A stretch of DNA of 64,000 bases from Octopus sinensis (lineage: Eukaryota), in contig NC_042997.1 of NCBI RefSeq assembly GCF_006345805.1, positions 44,144,001-44,208,000 on the forward strand, read 5' to 3'. Positions 16,361 to 27,949 of this stretch are shown in pieces. The notes beneath the pieces were generated by a model that was given only the letters and a program-made list of their open reading frames with translations, was not told where the DNA came from and searched no databases. Each line of letters opens with the position of its first letter. Position 1 is the stretch's first letter. Both the position numbers and the translations under genes were made by a program.

Positions 16361-17199
16361 AGTCTGTTGTTGCAAATGGTTTTCTCTCTGGTAAGTCATC
16401 TGTAATAAGTGATATAGCCCAGGGAATAGTACTACGACCATTATTATTTATCATCACCCTCTCAGGTATAAGATCACAATTGCATTCGGTCAACTTAACG
16501 AGTTACGCTATCCAAACTCCAGAAGATACCGTATCACTCTAAAATGAGTTAACCCTCATTTATCAATGGGCAGATTTAGGACATCAAAACTTCAGGTTCT
16601 TCTTTATGGAGGGAATACACACACATCCCAATATTTGACACCAGATAACAATGATTCAGAGTGCTAATGAGATACAGGACTTAGGAGCGATCATGCCAAA
16701 TGATGCATCTTTTATTAGTCACATCACCAAACTGACTTCTAAAGGCAAACATCTCGTAGGATGGATCCTGCAAACTTTTCTGACAAGAGAATCGATATTT
16801 TGGCTAACTCTACGGAAAAACCCTAGTTGAGCAGATTAGATTACAGCTTGATATGTTGGTCTTCAAACGCATCCGGCCTCATATAAGAAATCGAAGGGTT
16901 ACAAAGAACATTTACCAGTAAAATATCTTCGGTTAATTACTAAGTCTTAATTACTAAGAACATTTGAAAGGGCTGCGTCTCTACTTTTTTGAGTCCCGAA
17001 GAGAGTGATATTCTGCCACATACATATGGAAAATCCTGGAGGTGCGTGTTCCAAACTTCGGTATTGGAGATAATTTTAACGCATGGTCTGTTAGTTACTA
17101 GTTCATCGAAGAATTAAGGAACATCTTTAGAGAAAGATAACAGCAGTTAGCAGTCCCACTGTTGAAAGATCAAGGAATATCCTTAGTAAAAGTTGATAG

Positions 17200-17595
17200 A
17201 AGTTGCTGGTTCCATCTTCGAAGAGAAAGTTACACATAACACAGGTAAGAACTTTCGACGGATTCGGTGCACAAGTAAGTCAGTGGTTTAAACCACAAGT
17301 TAATTTCGTTTCTGATACCATACAAAATTAAATCCTAGAGTCATATGCTCATAACACCCTGCCTAACATCAGAAAAAGACAGACTGAAGATACTATGTTT
17401 ATTGGTGTTATTTGTGATTGCTCTGGAATAGAACAAGAATCAATTATTGTCCGTTATGTTTCAAAAAAACAGGATGTCCACGAAATTTGTCTTGGTTCTC
17501 AAAAACCCCAAACCCCACACTACCCCGGACTGCTCTTCGGAGACACTGACTAAGATCATTTTAGATGCTTTTCATCACCTAAATATTTCACTAGG
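17200..17595 (+). mobile_element. Possible hAT transposase remnant
   Basis: Fragments IEQESIIVRYV and ETLTKIILDAFHHLNISL resemble the hAT catalytic region. Confidence 0.4.
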
Positions 17596-17942
17596 CTCAA
17601 ATACCGGGATCGATAAAATAAGTATCAGTTGAGCACTGAGGTCGATTTAATTGACTCAATCTCTCTCCCGCCGAACTTGCTGTCCTTGTACCAAAATTTG
17701 AAGCCATTATTATTATTGCTATTGAAGGCAACGAGGTGGTAGAATCGTTTGCACGCCAGGCAAAATACTTAGCGGCATTTCGTCCGTCTTTACGTTCTGA
17801 GTTCAAATTCTGCCGTGGTCGACTTTACCTTTCTTCCTTTCGGGATCGATAAAGTAAGTACCAGTTACACACTGGGGTCGATGTAATCGACTAGCCCCTC
17901 TTCTCAAATTTCAGGCCTTGTGCCTATAGTGGAACGGATTAT
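17590..17942 (+). mobile_element. MetaSINE-type SINEs (a tail plus a full copy)
   Basis: Shared head and core sequence. Confidence 0.8.
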
Positions 17943-17947
17943 TATTA

Positions 17948-18140
17948 TTCTTTTACTTGTTTCAGTCATTTGACTGCAGCCATGCTGGAGCACCTCCTTA
18001 AGGAGTTTTAGTCGAAGAAATCGACCTCAGGACGTATTCTTTGTAAGTCTATCGGTTATCTTTGCCGAACCGCTAAGTTATGAGTACATAAATACACCGG
18101 TATCGGTTGCCAAGCTATGGCATGGGTACAAACACGCACG

Positions 18141-18227
<87 letters not shown>

Positions 18228-18360
18228 ACACACACACATTGTACGACTCACAAGGCTTTGGTCGGGCCGAGGCTATAGTAGAAGATATTTACACAAGGTG
18301 TCACGCAGTGGGACTGAACCTGGAACCATGTGGTTGGGAAGCAAGCTTCTTACCACACAA
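17948..18360 (-). mobile_element. CORE-type tRNA-derived SINE with internal (CA)n
   Basis: Same family as 33245, 35210 and 49930. Confidence 0.8.
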
Positions 18361-18891
18361 CCAAGTATCTGTGTTTGTTTTGACATTAAGATTGAAAAAA
18401 AAGGCAACATTGTTTGTAAAAGATTTTGTGCCTGGGTTTGCACCCGCTGATCAAATTTCGTTCCAGGGCCACTGATCGTGTGCAATTAGCATTTGACCCT
18501 TTTTTAGAGATATTCTCTTTAATATTTCTTCACAGTAAATGTCCCACTGTTTCCTTTATGACTTATTTCGTAACATATTCCTGAATATTTAGAATTTTTT
18601 GAAATATTTCAAAAGTGAGAAATCTTTGCCTTCGTGACCGTTTCAGCGAATCACTCTTCCATGTGGTCACATTATTGGCTGGAAATAGTAGCTAAATTTT
18701 CCTCATAACACAAACTGTTATCTTAAAAGTGGGACAAAACATTCAGTAACGTGATTCTAGATATACTGACCCTGGATGGTCACGACGGGACTGCTTAGCC
18801 TGGATATATTGAGCCTGGTTGGTCGGGATAGTCACGATGGGAATGCTCGATGAGTAATGATGTGAAGTTAAACAACAACAACAACAATAAC

Positions 18892-18931
<40 letters not shown>

Positions 18932-19070
18932 TAATATAATAATAATAATAATAATAATAATAGTAATAGCAACAATTACAACAACGTGATTCTCCTTTAA
19001 AGTGACTATTCATACATCTTTCAGCAAACTCAACATTTACATTGTTTATCTAATTCCTTCAAGAATGGAT

Positions 19071-19449
19071 GGAAGCACTCCGTCGGTTACGACGACGAGG
19101 GTTCCGGTTGATCCGATCAAGGGAACAGCCTGCTCGTGAAATTAACGTGTAAGTGGCTGAGCACTCCACAGACACGTGCACCCTTAACGCAGTTCTCGGG
19201 GATATTCAGCGTGACACAGAGAGTGACAAGGCCGGCCCTTTGAAATACAGGTACAACAGAAACAGGAAGTAAGAGTGAGAGAAAGTTGTGGTGAAAAAGT
19301 ACAGCAGGGATCACCACCATCCCTGCCAGAGCATCGTGGAGCTTTAGGTGTTTTCGCTCAATAAACACTCACAACGCCCGGTCTGGGAATCGAAACCGCG
19401 ATCCTACGACCGCGAGTCCGCTGCCCTAACCACTGGGCCATTGCGCCTC
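19071..19449 (-). mobile_element. Young tRNA-derived SINE (about 380 bp family)
   Basis: A box TGGCCCAGTGG and B box GTTTCGATTCC; TSD TCCTTCAAGAA at 19055 and 19453; near-identical to four other copies. Confidence 0.92.
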
Positions 19450-19809
19450 TACTCCTTCAAGAATAAGACATCTATTAGCAAATAAATAAATAAATAAATA
19501 AATAAATAACATACAATTTTTGGGGGGTTTCGTTTCTCAACATTTCGAGTTCAAGTCTTGCCAAGATCGACCGACAATTTCATATTTCCGGTTTGTAGTA
19601 AACTCTGTTACGGTGGTTAGTCTTTTGCTCACATCCTTTTGCATCACATGGATTCACCAATTATGCTTTCTCATAAATATCTATAGAGAGAGATATATTT
19701 TCTGAAACCCCATATCCTGCTTATTTCTATTTTGAGAAACTTCAATTTTAATAGCCTTTCAATTTCCTTCTTGACGATGTTTTGGTGAGAAGGTACCCGA
19801 TGTTTGTGA

Positions 19810-20135
19810 GGGCGCGTGGCTTAGTGGTTAGGGCATTCGGCTCATGATCGTAAGGTTGTGAGTTCGATTCCCGGCGACGTGTTGTGTCCTTGAGCAAGAC
19901 ACTTTATTTCACGTTGCTCCAGTCCACTCAGCTGGCAAAAATGAGTTGTACTTGTATTTCAAAGGGTCAGCCTTGTCACTCTCTGTGTCACGCTGATTAT
20001 CCCCGAGAACTACGTTAAGGGTACACGTGTCTGTGGAATGCTCAGCCATTTGCACGTTAATTTCACGAGCAAGCTGTTCCGTTGATCGGATCAGCTGGGA
20101 CCCTCGTCGTCGTAACCGGCGGAGTCTTTTTTTTT
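19810..20135 (+). mobile_element. tRNA-derived SINE, related subfamily with the same 3' tail
   Basis: A/B boxes; TSD ACCCGATGTTT. Confidence 0.88.
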
Positions 20136-20444
20136 AACCCGATGTTTACAAGAGTGAATAGGTTTCCCTTTTTTGGCTTTATTAGGATAACTTGGCAATT
20201 CGTTTCGATTTCTTAGTCAAAACTGGCTGGGAAACAAGCGCACTGACTAAATAATTTCTTTTTTTTTTCCTATTAAGTGTGTAGGGTGAAGAAGCAGTGG
20301 AAACGTTTTTTGAACATCACCCTGAAAAACTTCATCGTCAACCGAACGAGCGTAGAAACATTTCTTTTCTTTTTTTTTGGATTTGAACTAATTTGAAGCA
20401 TTACTTTTCCATTATTGGATCAACTGATTTGATAGATATTGGAT

Positions 20445-20751
20445 TGGAAGCATTCCGTCGGTTACGACGACAAGGGTTCCGATCAACAGAACAGCCTGCT
20501 CGTGAAATTAACGTGCAAGTGGCTGAGCACTCCACAGACACGTGTACCCATAACGTAGTTCTCATGGAGATTCAGCGTGACACAGAGTGTGACAAGGCTG
20601 GCCCTTTGAAATACAGGTACTACTCATTTTTGCCAGCTGAGTGGACTGGGGCAACGTGAAATAAAGTGTCTTGTTCAAGGACACAACGCATCGCCGGGAA
20701 TCGAACTCACGACCTTACAATCGTCAGTCGAATGTCCTAACCACTAAGTCA
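20445..20751 (-). mobile_element. tRNA-derived SINE flanked by an about 160 bp direct duplication
   Basis: Same family as 19810; flanks 20278-20439 and 20752-20908 are near-identical. Confidence 0.88.
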
Positions 20752-20958
20752 GTGTAGGGTGAGGAAGCAGTGAAAACGTTTTTTGAACATCACCCTGAAA
20801 AACTTCATCGTCAACCGAACGAGCGTAGAAACACTTCTTTTTTTTTTGGATTTGAACTAATTTGAAGCATTACTTTTCCATTATTGGATCAACTGATTTG
20901 ATAGATATACAGATATAGTAATAATAATAATAATTATTATTATTATATCGGAGTTTTG

Positions 20959-21280
20959 AGGCGGCGAGCTGGTAGAATCTTTAGCAAGCCATGCAAAAAG
21001 TTTAGCGGCATTTCATACGTCTTAACGTGTTGAGTTCAAATTCCGCCGAGGTCGACTTTATCTTCAAGCGTCGATGAAATAAATACCAGATGAACTCTGG
21101 GGTTGATGTAATCGACTTACCCCTCCCCTAAAATTGCTGGCCTTGTGCCAAAATTTGAAACCATCATTATATCGGTGTTTAAGGCAGCGAGCTGGCAGAA
21201 TCGTTAGCACGCTAGACAGAATGCCCAACAGCATTTCGTTTGTCTTTACGTTTTGAATTCAAATTCTGCCACGGTCGAAA
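20959..21280 (+). mobile_element. Tandem MetaSINE-type SINEs
   Basis: Shared head and core. Confidence 0.8.
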
Positions 21281-21892
21281 GACTGAAAAAAATCGACCTT
21301 GTTTGAAAAGAACTTTTGTACATGGATTTACACCTGCTTAGCTAATTTCGTTCCTGCACTCATGTTTGTCAATTTAGAGTCTTGCACCCCAATCAATTTT
21401 ACATGTCAAATTAGGTACATGCTTATGCTATATATGCACAGGTTTTATGTCGGCATATTGTCTAATGGATAACGAAAGCCTTTCGCTCCATTAAGCTTGT
21501 GGGGAATATTTTATTTTCGCCAGACTTCGACGACCAGTTTTCTATTCTTAGTCAGTGCTTTTGAACCACTATTGGCTTTCATATAGGTTCACTTCCTCTA
21601 TATTCTTAAGTTTCTAAATGCTGTCCGAGGAGAAGTTTTCCATTTATTTAGAATATGTTGCAATTTCACTTTGATTTGCTTTTTTAACATTTTATTCTAA
21701 ACATTAAATCTAAACATTTTCCCTCGTTATTCATAGTTTCTTGTTGATACTTTATTGCATAAAGTACGAGGTGGTATCAAAGTCACCGGACTTAGTTATG
21801 TTTAATAAAAACATAACTTATTTACCTCAGTTTTAACATAATCTCCTTCGAAATAGTCCCTTTGCGCAGCAATGCATCGCTCCCAGCGTTTC

Positions 21893-22126
21893 TTATTTAT
21901 TTATTGCCCACAAGAAGCCAAACACAGAGGGGACAAACAAGGACAGACAAATGGATTAAGTCGATTACATCGACCCCAGTGCGTAACTGGTACTTAATTT
22001 ATCGACCCCGAAAGGATGAAAGGCAAAGTCGGACTCGGCGGAATTTGAACTCAGAACGTAACAGCAGACGAAATGCCGCTAAGCATTTCGCCCGACGTGC
22101 TAACGATTCTGCCAGCTCGCTGCCTT
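21893..22126 (-). mobile_element. MetaSINE-type SINE inserted in the mariner
   Basis: TSD GCTCCCAGCGTTTCT on both sides. Confidence 0.88.
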
Positions 22127-22728
22127 TGCTCCCAGCGTTTCTGTCACTTTTGGAATCCAGCCTGGAAGTAGTCGTTTTTCCGTAAGCGAGTCGAGGACCT
22201 TCTGCGATTCGCGCTTGATCTCGACAACGATGTTAAAACGGCAACCTTTGAGCTGCATTTTCATCTTGAGGAAGAGACAGAAGTCCGTAGGTGCTAAATC
22301 TGGTGATCAGGGCGGGTACGGAAGCGCTACCATGTTGTTTTTGGAGAGAAACTCATGCGTGAGGAGAGCTCGGTGATAGGGTGCATTGTCGTCGTGAAGA
22401 ACCCCGATGTTAAGATTGCCCACACGGACCCATACGACAGACCAACAATATTAGCAATGTCATTGATTGTCCTCCGACGATCTTCATGCACAAGCCGATG
22501 AATTTTGTCCATATTTCTTGGTATGACGCTCGTGGCAGGTCTTCCAGATCGCTCAACGTCTTCTAGGAACGTTCTTCCGCTTTTGAAGCACCCGTGCCAC
22601 CCGAAATATTGTATACGACCCATTGCCTCGTCGCCGTAAGCTTGTTAAAGCATGCTCATTATTACACACATGTGAGTGAGAACACTTTGAGATATTTTTG
22701 GTATCTAACATATGTCAGATACTGCGAG

Positions 22729-22830
22729 CGCTGCTTCTGATTGGTCAATCCATGGTGATGACCAGAGGTCACGGTGACAGCGCTGCTTCTGATTGGTCAA
22801 TCCATGGTGATGACCCGAGGTCACGGTGAC
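22729..22830. repeat. Two tandem 51-bp units
   Basis: CGCTGCTTCTGATTGGTCAATCCATGGTGATGACC.GAGGTCACGGTGAC occurs twice. Confidence 0.92.
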
Positions 22831-24033
22831 GGCACTACTTTTGTCATTCATAAGTTACAACTAAACGTGAAGAATTTAGTTATTGGGTTAATAAAATATG
22901 GTCGTTTATTCGTGTGTAATAAATAAAATACCAAACTCATTCCTTATGGATACCGTATTTATTACAACGAGTGGCTTGTAAACGTATCTAACGAGCGAAA
23001 GCGAGTTAGATGCGTTTACAAGCCACGAGCTTGTACAAGCCACGTTTACAAGCCACGAGCTTCTCATAGGGAACTCGTTTGGTATTCTCTCTTTGTCTCT
23101 GCAGCAGACTTCCCGAGTTTAACGCAAAATGTCACGTTAGCTCTTTGTTCCAGCTTCTTGTCCATCACAAAAAATGGCAGACTACAGCATACACGTGATC
23201 ACAAAATCACAAATTTCACAACTTGCGAAATAAACACAGGGATTTCACTCGGCACACTGTCTCATGAAGGTCACTGCTAGCTTTCACTGTACACGCAACC
23301 ATGTGCTGTCACCTGTTAGCGCGCTACAGAACCTTGTTCGGGAACGTTTTGATGCCACCTCGTGTAAAGTTTGTGAAGATGAGTGACCCAGTAGTTAGAT
23401 GCCTGGTTCACTGTGATATGGTCGAGAGTTCAATTTTCAGAGCGGTCAGCACGTTGTGTTCTTGAGCAAAGCATTTTATTTCGCGTTGCTGTAGTCTTTC
23501 TGCTGGAAATGAGTAACCTCTGGGTGCTCGTGCAGTTCTTATTTTTTCTGTTCAGCTGTCACATCCTATGTGCCACTGTGCCAAGAGTGAGTGGACGAAA
23601 GGAGTGTCTGCCCGCAATTAGCCATACTTTCTCATCAGTGACTGTGGCTGTGTTCTAATAAAAAGTTGTTTGGGTTTTTTTTTTTTACATTTTTTCTCTT
23701 TTTTGTGTCTGAGTTTCTATGCACAAATCTTTCTCCTGTTGCTTGCTTCTAATAATTATTCCGAACCTGCAGGGATTACTTTGATCCAGCTATTTGGTAG
23801 GAAACCTAACACACTTCCACAAAAGTTCATCGCATCAACCATAACAAGTAAGCTAGAGTTGATTTGATTGGTCGAGCCATATTCGCGCAGGCGTTGATAC
23901 TTTTCGTTGTCGATGGATTTTCTCCACATTTTCGGGTACAGTAAATCGTTGGCCTTAGCTAGAAAAATTGTAAGTGATTATTCAAAATGCAGCAGGAATT
24001 TCACTACAAGTTGAACAAGGACTATATTTAGAG

Positions 24034-24195
24034 TAGCGTTTCCCAACCCAGGTTCCGCGAAAGGTTACCAGGAATTCTGCGAAATATCGTGGTAAATGGG
24101 TTAATTATTTGCATGTGTGACGCAATTTCGTAGTGCAATTTAGGTTCGTAATTTATTCTACATGCAGAGAACACATCCTTAGGTTGGGAAACACC
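24034..24195. mobile_element. Short hAT-like MITE
   Basis: Inverted ends GTTTCCCAACC and GGTTGGGAAAC. Confidence 0.5.
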
Positions 24196-25039
24196 GGGAT
24201 TTGTAGGTTTCTGAAGAGGACCTGCGGAGTAAATGAGCTCCCAATAGGGAATTGTAGAAAGAACTAGTTTTAAGCAAGGTCTTCATTAAGACAAATTTTT
24301 AAAAACTTACTTTTTAGTGCCTAATTGATTTAGCAGTGCCAAACCTCTCAAAGGCAATTTAATGATTTCTTTAAGCCTTTTGAGATATTTTAATTTCTTA
24401 CCTTCTTCGAGGTTTACAAGGCATTAGAAAGCCACGTCAGTGATACTCTCTGAATAGAAAATTTGGTTTGATTCTTTTAGTAAAGCTTAATGAACATAAA
24501 AAAGAATATTACTTATTTAAAACAGAACGAATTGAAATTACAAAGAGAAATAATACTTTCTATTAAAGATACACGGTCAGATATCGGAGGAGGCGGATTA
24601 ATCGATTAAATCGATCCAGTGTTTGACAGGTAATCGATTTCGTTGCTGAAAGGCTGACAAAGTAAACCTAAGCAGGATTTGAACTCAGAATGTAAAGAAC
24701 CGGTAGTTCACTTCTTATACCATTTTCCACGAGAGCAGAACTAAGGAAACGAGTACCATTTGCCCCCCTTGCCTGGGTTCTTTCTTCTTTTATCCTGCTT
24801 TGCTTTTCTTTTTCTTTTTATATAAAATTGTTTGCCATACTTTTTTTTGTCTGGGAGAGGGCGGTTTCGCAGCATATGTACAACAGACGATATGATTCAA
24901 TGCTTATCCGAGGTTGACTTTGCCTTTCATTCGTTCTGGGTCGATAAAATAAAGTACCGTTCAAGTACTGCAGTCGATATAATCGATTTGCCACTCCCCT
25001 CAAAATTGTTGGCTTTATCCCAAAATTAGAAAGAATTAT

Positions 25040-26970
25040 TATTGAAAAGGTAATTCGAAACGGTATCAGAACCGACGGGTTTGCAGCAAAAATTACCCTC
25101 GACCATTTTTTCAATGCAAAACACGAAGGCTGCGTTGTCAGAGCTAGAGCTTGTTTGTTCAAACAAGAAGGGACAAAAGTCCTTCGATGGGCTCGAGTGG
25201 TAGAGGCACGACGTAGGAACAAATTCGCAATTCAGTATTCGAGAGATCAGAGGGAGACATAATTCGCGGTTTCAAGGGGATATGTGAGACTTTCCAGCAG
25301 CACTTTGCTTAACTCTTCCGAGTAGGCGATAGTTCACATAGAATTATGGACCTTAGTACTGACAGTGACAGCCTGCAGCAACTCTTGGCAGAAAAGGTCA
25401 ATAACAGCAACTGAAATACAGGAAGTATTGAGATGTTGCACAATGGACAAATCGCCCGGTTTGGTTGGCCTGTCCTTTGAGTTTTATGGCAGAAAGAAAC
25501 GGAAGAATTTCCAGTTTTATGCACCAGTGTGTTTTAACATTTTTTGAAAAAGAATACCACCAAAGAGGATATTATAGATATTTTCTGGTTCATAACTCTT
25601 CTAACTGAAGAGTTTTAAATTTTAGCCAAGGTGTTAGAAAAGTGATTGACACTTGTCTTTGATGGTTTAGTCGAAGAAGCTTAAACATGTTCGATCCCCG
25701 GTAGATCCATCAACCACTACCTCTACCTCGTGCAGTCCATCATACAGGAAATGGGTAACATACCTGGTGTTGGTGGGGGCCCATATCAACTTAAATCAAT
25801 CGAAAGCCTTGATAGCAATCCTAAAAGCAACTGGTTTCGGACCTATTTTCAGTGGCTGGATCGCAGCAATGCATAGTGGTACATATTTGGTGATCAAAGT
25901 AAATAACTACTCGGATTTATTTCATATCGCGCGCGCGATCCGCCAAGATTGTCTTCTTCCGTATAAGTTCTGGAGTTCGAGCCACTGTTGCAGAAACTAA
26001 AACTCTTGAGAGGCATCCTCTGCAAACTACCAGGCAGGAATACGGGAGAGCTGTATTGGCGTATGCGGATGACGTCACTTAAATCTTGTGAGACACTACG
26101 GAAGTTCAGGTAGTTGATTTCATTCTAAAGGAACATGATGTGATGGCAGGAATGAAGATAATTCCGAAGAAGTCAGTGGCCTTGCAACTCGGTACCTAGA
26201 GAGGCAAGTCCATGTCAAAGGACAGCATAGTAAGTCGCTGGATAAACATATATGTGAAATTGCTCGGGGTCTGGTTTGGTCCGAACTTCCAGATGGACAG
26301 GAATTGGGACGAGGTTACAAGCAGGTTGACCAGCATCATTCAAAAATGAGTCGAGAAGATACTATCCCTGACAAGTAGGGCAGAAGTGGTGACTTCCTCA
26401 GTTCTAAGGAACCACCTGACCATTGTGCCTTGCCCCAATCCACGTTTGTCAAAACTGGAACGTTTACCTTTCCGCTCCCCGTGGAAAGGACGCGTTCCAT
26501 TGGTCAGGCAGCCCATCTGTTGCCAGCGCCCTCTAGAAAGTGGGATTGGCAGACACATGCTGAGGCTACGCTACTTACGCCACTTACAGATTTTCTTGGA
26601 CGGTGAAATGGTGAGGCTTCTGTTTGTAAGATACGCCTTTCTGTAGCACATCTCTTTGACGGAATTGCGGCCCTTGGTCGTGAAAAGATCAACACTAGGT
26701 GCTTGGAACGTTGTCAGGCGTCACCGTCCTCTACTAGTCAGGAAATGCGGTCGGTTGACTTTCATGCCGGAAACTACGATGGATAACTTTCAGAAATCCT
26801 TGGTTTGGCAGTGCTACTTAGGAGTACTGCTGGTTCGAAATAAATTCTACGGACTCGGAAGTCCACCGAGTGAGACTGCCCGAAATGGGGCAAAACTATA
26901 CTGCACACAGTCGTGTAGTGTCCTATCATTGCTGGCTTGTGGAGCTATGTTGAGCAGCTGTTGTCACATG
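25040..26970 (+). mobile_element. Decayed Tx1/L1-clade LINE
   Basis: KSPGLVGLSFEFY, AYADDVT, KLLGVWFG, WKGRVPLVRQPICC; homologous to 55000-56680. Confidence 0.8.
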
Positions 26971-26972
26971 TA

Positions 26973-27778
26973 AGACGATCCAAAAAGCTATGATGGATGA
27001 AACCGGCCGCAGACCACCAAACAGTCACCATGACTTTCCTTTGGTGCAACTTTGGCTTCGGGAAGTGCCGTGGGGCTTCGTCGGCGTCCGACCACTGAGC
27101 TGAGTTTCGCCGGTTGTCGTAAAGAATCCACTTTTCATCGCAAGTTTCAATCCGGTCGAGAAACGAGTCGTTGCTGCATAACAGAAGGGCAGACGACACT
27201 TAAAAACGGGCGTTTTTTTTTTTGGGGGGGGGGGTTGTCCTTCAATTCGTGTGGCGCCCATTGCTCAAATATTTTTGTTTTTCTAATATCTTTCAAGTGG
27301 TCGGAAATTGTCGTATACGTTACGTCTAATTCAGAAGCAATATCTCGAACAGCTGTGCATGGATTGGCTTCCACTAAGGCTCTTAGTTGATTGTTGTCAA
27401 CATCCGATGACCGACCACTACGCTTATCATCTTCAAGACTCTCGTCATCTCTACGAATTTTCTTGAACCACCATTGTGCTGTACGTTCATTAATGGTTCC
27501 TGGGCCAAATGCATCATTGATATCGCGAGCTGTTTCAGCAGCTTTTCGGCCTAGCATGAACTGGAATAAGAAAATTGTGCGAATTTGCTTTTTGTCTATG
27601 TTGTATTCAACGTTCCGGAAAAAATGGCCTAATTATTCAAAAAGAAAAAGAGTAACACGATTAGAAAGAGCAAAAAACGGGCTTTAAAATGATTTATAAA
27701 GTCAAAGTAATTTCATGAAAAATAATTTGAAAATACATAATTTAAAACCAAAATTAAAAACTTTCTTGACAACCTAAT
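26973..27778 (-). mobile_element. Mariner transposase pseudogene (Hsmar1/cecropia-like), 3'-truncated
   Basis: [55 protein letters not shown]; TIR TTAGGTTGTCAAGAAAGT near 27778; frameshift at a homopolymer near 27220. Confidence 0.92.
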
Positions 27779-27949
27779 ATCACTGTTTTCTAGTTTCTTT
27801 TTTATTTTTTTCAATTTCCATGTCTGTTAACCACGCATTTGTTCTTATTGCTCACTTATCTCAAAGAGTCCTATTCCTATTTCATGCGTTTCGGAATCCT
27901 CTTTTACTGGGTTCACTTCTGACCCAGTATTCAATTGCAGTTCGATTTG

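Larger units (their letters stand above)
13215..17100 (+). mobile_element. Decayed CR1-group LINE RT region, split by an LTR element
   Basis: ASGPD, QHGF..GRSCLLQLL, LDFAYAFDKIVHG, GKLGEW before 13971; SVVANG..SDIAQGIVLRPLLFII, SRLDY and WKILE..VPNFGI after 16361. Confidence 0.85.
21765..23364 (-). mobile_element. Decayed mariner element with nested insertions
   Basis: TIRs TACGAGGTGGTATCAAA and TTTTGATGCCACCTCGTG; transposase fragment FKSGRTFLEDVERSGRP..VHEDRRRTINDIA. Confidence 0.8.

Noticed and set aside
13860-16405. ORFs inside the LTR element
   Set aside because: Duplicated LTR sequence with no gag, protease, RT or integrase motifs
22729-22830. CRISPR-like repeats
   Set aside because: Two adjacent units without spacers in eukaryotic DNA; no cas genes
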